A DNA stretch of 64,000 nucleotides, taken from assembly GCA_965644295.1 (NCBI GenBank), contig CBFFRP010000075.1, positions 125,324-189,323 of the forward strand. The letters are read 5' to 3'. This DNA comes from Paraphysomonas bandaiensis (Eukaryota; Protista; Chrysophyceae). The position numbers and the translations under genes are program-made. This document shows, piece by piece, positions 62,601 to 64,000 of this stretch (its first letter is position 1; the number at the start of each line of letters is the position of its first letter). The notes beneath the pieces are model-generated. The model had not been told where the DNA came from. It ran no database searches and saw only the letters and a program-made list of their open reading frames with translations.

Positions 62601-63803
62601 ATACTCCCGCGAAAGGGTTGGGAGTATGCTCAGCACTGTACGAACAGCAAGTGTTCCTGGTTACATTAGCAAATGGTTAAAGTCGATTAATACCCCATTG
62701 GCACTAACCAAAACGTCTCCATAGCCAATCCGCTTTTACATCTCCATATTCCTCGCGTATCCAATTCATGAACCACTCTAGCGACCGCTTAGACCCTCCA
62801 TCATCATCTTGAGCAGACGCTTGCTGCAAGAACGTATGTAATTACGACTAGAATACCAAATAAAATAATACTATGTATATACCTGGAAGTTGGTGTTTTT
62901 CTTGTTGACAGCATAATTCGTTAGGTGCATGCACATCATCGATAGGTTCTGGACCACGAAAAATAAGTTTATTACAGAGAATTAAACATCACACAAACCT
63001 GCTTCGTCGGTTTCACATACTCCTCCGTACATAACCTCACTAGACCATCTTCAAACATATACATCCTACAGCAGTCGATATTACAAGGAGACATTGCATG
63101 AAGAAATGAAGACACCTCAGTGGCTTAACAGAAGTAATAAGAATATAGATACGCAAGTCGAACTTATATCCGTCAATTAACAAAGGTTTCTTGATATAAA
63201 GCTGTGCCACAACGTTGTCCTGTTGTGGAACCTGATCAAAGTGTCGCACTAAAAATATGCCTTTCCCCTAAGTGCAAGATTACGTGCATGACAGCAAAAT
63301 GAAATAACACACCTGACATCCAGCGTCTGGCTTAATAATATAAATCTTATTTCCCAATGAGTTTCCCGTATTATCGAACTGGGCTCTAAAATCAGACAGT
63401 TCTGCAGGAAGAACCCAAGTCCGTGGATAATAGGTGTACTCTCTCTACAACAAACATATAAAATTAGTCATGTTGCAAATATTTCATATAGCCCCACCGG
63501 AAACATCTTTAACATCCTATTTAGATTTTGACCCATGCGGTTCTTTCGCGCTATATTCGGCATGCCTGGAAAGTGATTGATAACCTGCCAGGGCAGTATA
63601 GTGCGGAATCTCTCATGAATAGTGGCCGAATCAATCCAAAACATGTTACATCTCGACTCTTTCCTCTCGTCCTCTATAGCCTTCCATCCCATTGACTCGA
63701 TCTTATTCAGGATAACATCATAGCGGCATTCATTAGCCCAGAACCACACCACATCACTGGGCTTTGATCTCTTCTTGTTACTCTTAACCGGTACACCGGA
63801 CAT
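59617..63803 (-). CDS. Tubulin polyglutamylase, TTLL6/13-like
   Basis: [17 protein letters not shown]; YPRTWVLP; [15 protein letters not shown]; [15 protein letters not shown]; [10 protein letters not shown]; [10 protein letters not shown]; [34 protein letters not shown]; long disordered C-terminus. Confidence 0.9.
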
Positions 63804-64000
63804 CTCTCTACACTGATCTATAACAGACACATCTGTCGTCACTGGTGATGTTCATCATGTATAATTGCTCATAGTTCACTTGCACACGGAGGGATATGTG
63901 CGTGATGTTGTTATCTTGTACACGGAGCACGAGGCGAAGTGTAGGAGCGACTTATGTATGAACAGCACTGTACGGGTGTTTTATATGTACAGCACGTACA

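Overview
Eukaryotic nuclear DNA with many short (about 45-65 nt) spliceosomal introns. Gene content (HslU, TTLL6-like glutamylase, calcyphosin-like EF-hand protein, bacterial-type PHB depolymerase and PqqB-like genes) suggests a flagellate protist, possibly a stramenopile; this is inference. About 19 host genes are mostly arranged as divergent pairs with TACA/GTAC-rich promoters, separated by AT-rich, transposon-filled spacers. Recognisable genes are METTL5, a PHB depolymerase, a PqqB-like MBL hydrolase, a zinc-finger protein, a multicopper oxidase fused to a plastocyanin-like domain, HslU, a CLC, WDR44, a calcyphosin-like protein, a Kazal protein, an ankyrin protein, RPN2/PSMD1 and a TTLL6-like enzyme. 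Mobile DNA includes one apparently intact hAT transposon (28-bp TIRs, 8-bp TSD) plus several hAT deletion derivatives with 8-bp TSDs. The most interesting signal is a retroelement system: LINE 3' fragments (ORF2 ending PK(G/A)RPPD*) share a covarying GNRA-hairpin 3' RNA module with a ~430-bp, TSD-flanked, non-tRNA SINE-like element whose 5' head partly fits an HDV-like ribozyme topology. Other highlights are a P-loop-less pseudo-kinesin and two paralogous orphan proteins with a GT-A glycosyltransferase-like motif order. All coordinates and alignments were done by eye; no database searches were run.
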